A stretch of DNA of 64,000 nt from a virus (lineage: Duplodnaviria > Heunggongvirae > Uroviricota > Caudoviricetes > Straboviridae). This document shows positions 64,000 through 64,000 of the stretch, one piece after another. The number at the start of each line of letters is the position of its first letter. Position 1 is the stretch's first letter. The stretch is from the IMG/VR virus record IMGVR_UViG_2706796059_000001, one strand, 5' to 3'. A model generated the notes under the pieces. The model was not told the origin of the DNA. It was given only the letters and a program-made list of their open reading frames with translations, and ran no database searches. Made by a program: the position numbers and the translations under genes.

Positions 64000-64000
64000 G

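Noticed and set aside
1-64000. tRNA, rRNA or structured ncRNA genes
   Set aside because: No intergenic gap long enough shows cloverleaf or T-loop signatures by eye; a tRNAscan/Infernal run would be needed to exclude them formally

Overview
A 64 kb segment of a large T4-like (Tevenvirinae/Straboviridae-type) myophage genome. Gene content (long gp46, fused topoisomerase 39/60, Sir2, ClpP, long gp35-position protein) is most reminiscent of KVP40-like vibriophages; this is an inference, not a database match. The window holds most of the replication/recombination core (62, 44, 45, 46, 47, 55, 30, 39/60, td, dexA, dUTPase, 61, nrdG, nrdD, 41, 40, uvsX, frd, 32, 59, 33, dsbA, rnh, uvsY, uvsW), virion genes (24-like, 34, 35-position, two inh-like genes), one free-standing GIY-YIG homing endonuclease and many accessory ORFs. 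No tRNA, rRNA, CRISPR array or intron was recognised. Three promoter classes are visible: TTG-type sigma70, GTTTA-type in front of replication genes, and T4 late TATAAATA with variants. Best leads: (1) a ~60 bp non-coding element (dyad plus 9-bp-period direct repeats plus GTTTAA promoter) present twice, 43 kb apart and in inverted orientation, one copy at the uvsY promoter where T4 has a replication origin; (2) a dispersed set of mostly late-transcribed genes whose products start with T4 internal-protein-like capsid-targeting peptides, including a SAM methyltransferase, an Alt-like ADP-ribosyltransferase and two proteins sharing an unnamed domain that begins right after a predicted gp21 cleavage site, together suggesting a packaged, injected effector set; (3) a minimal type IV prepilin mimic.
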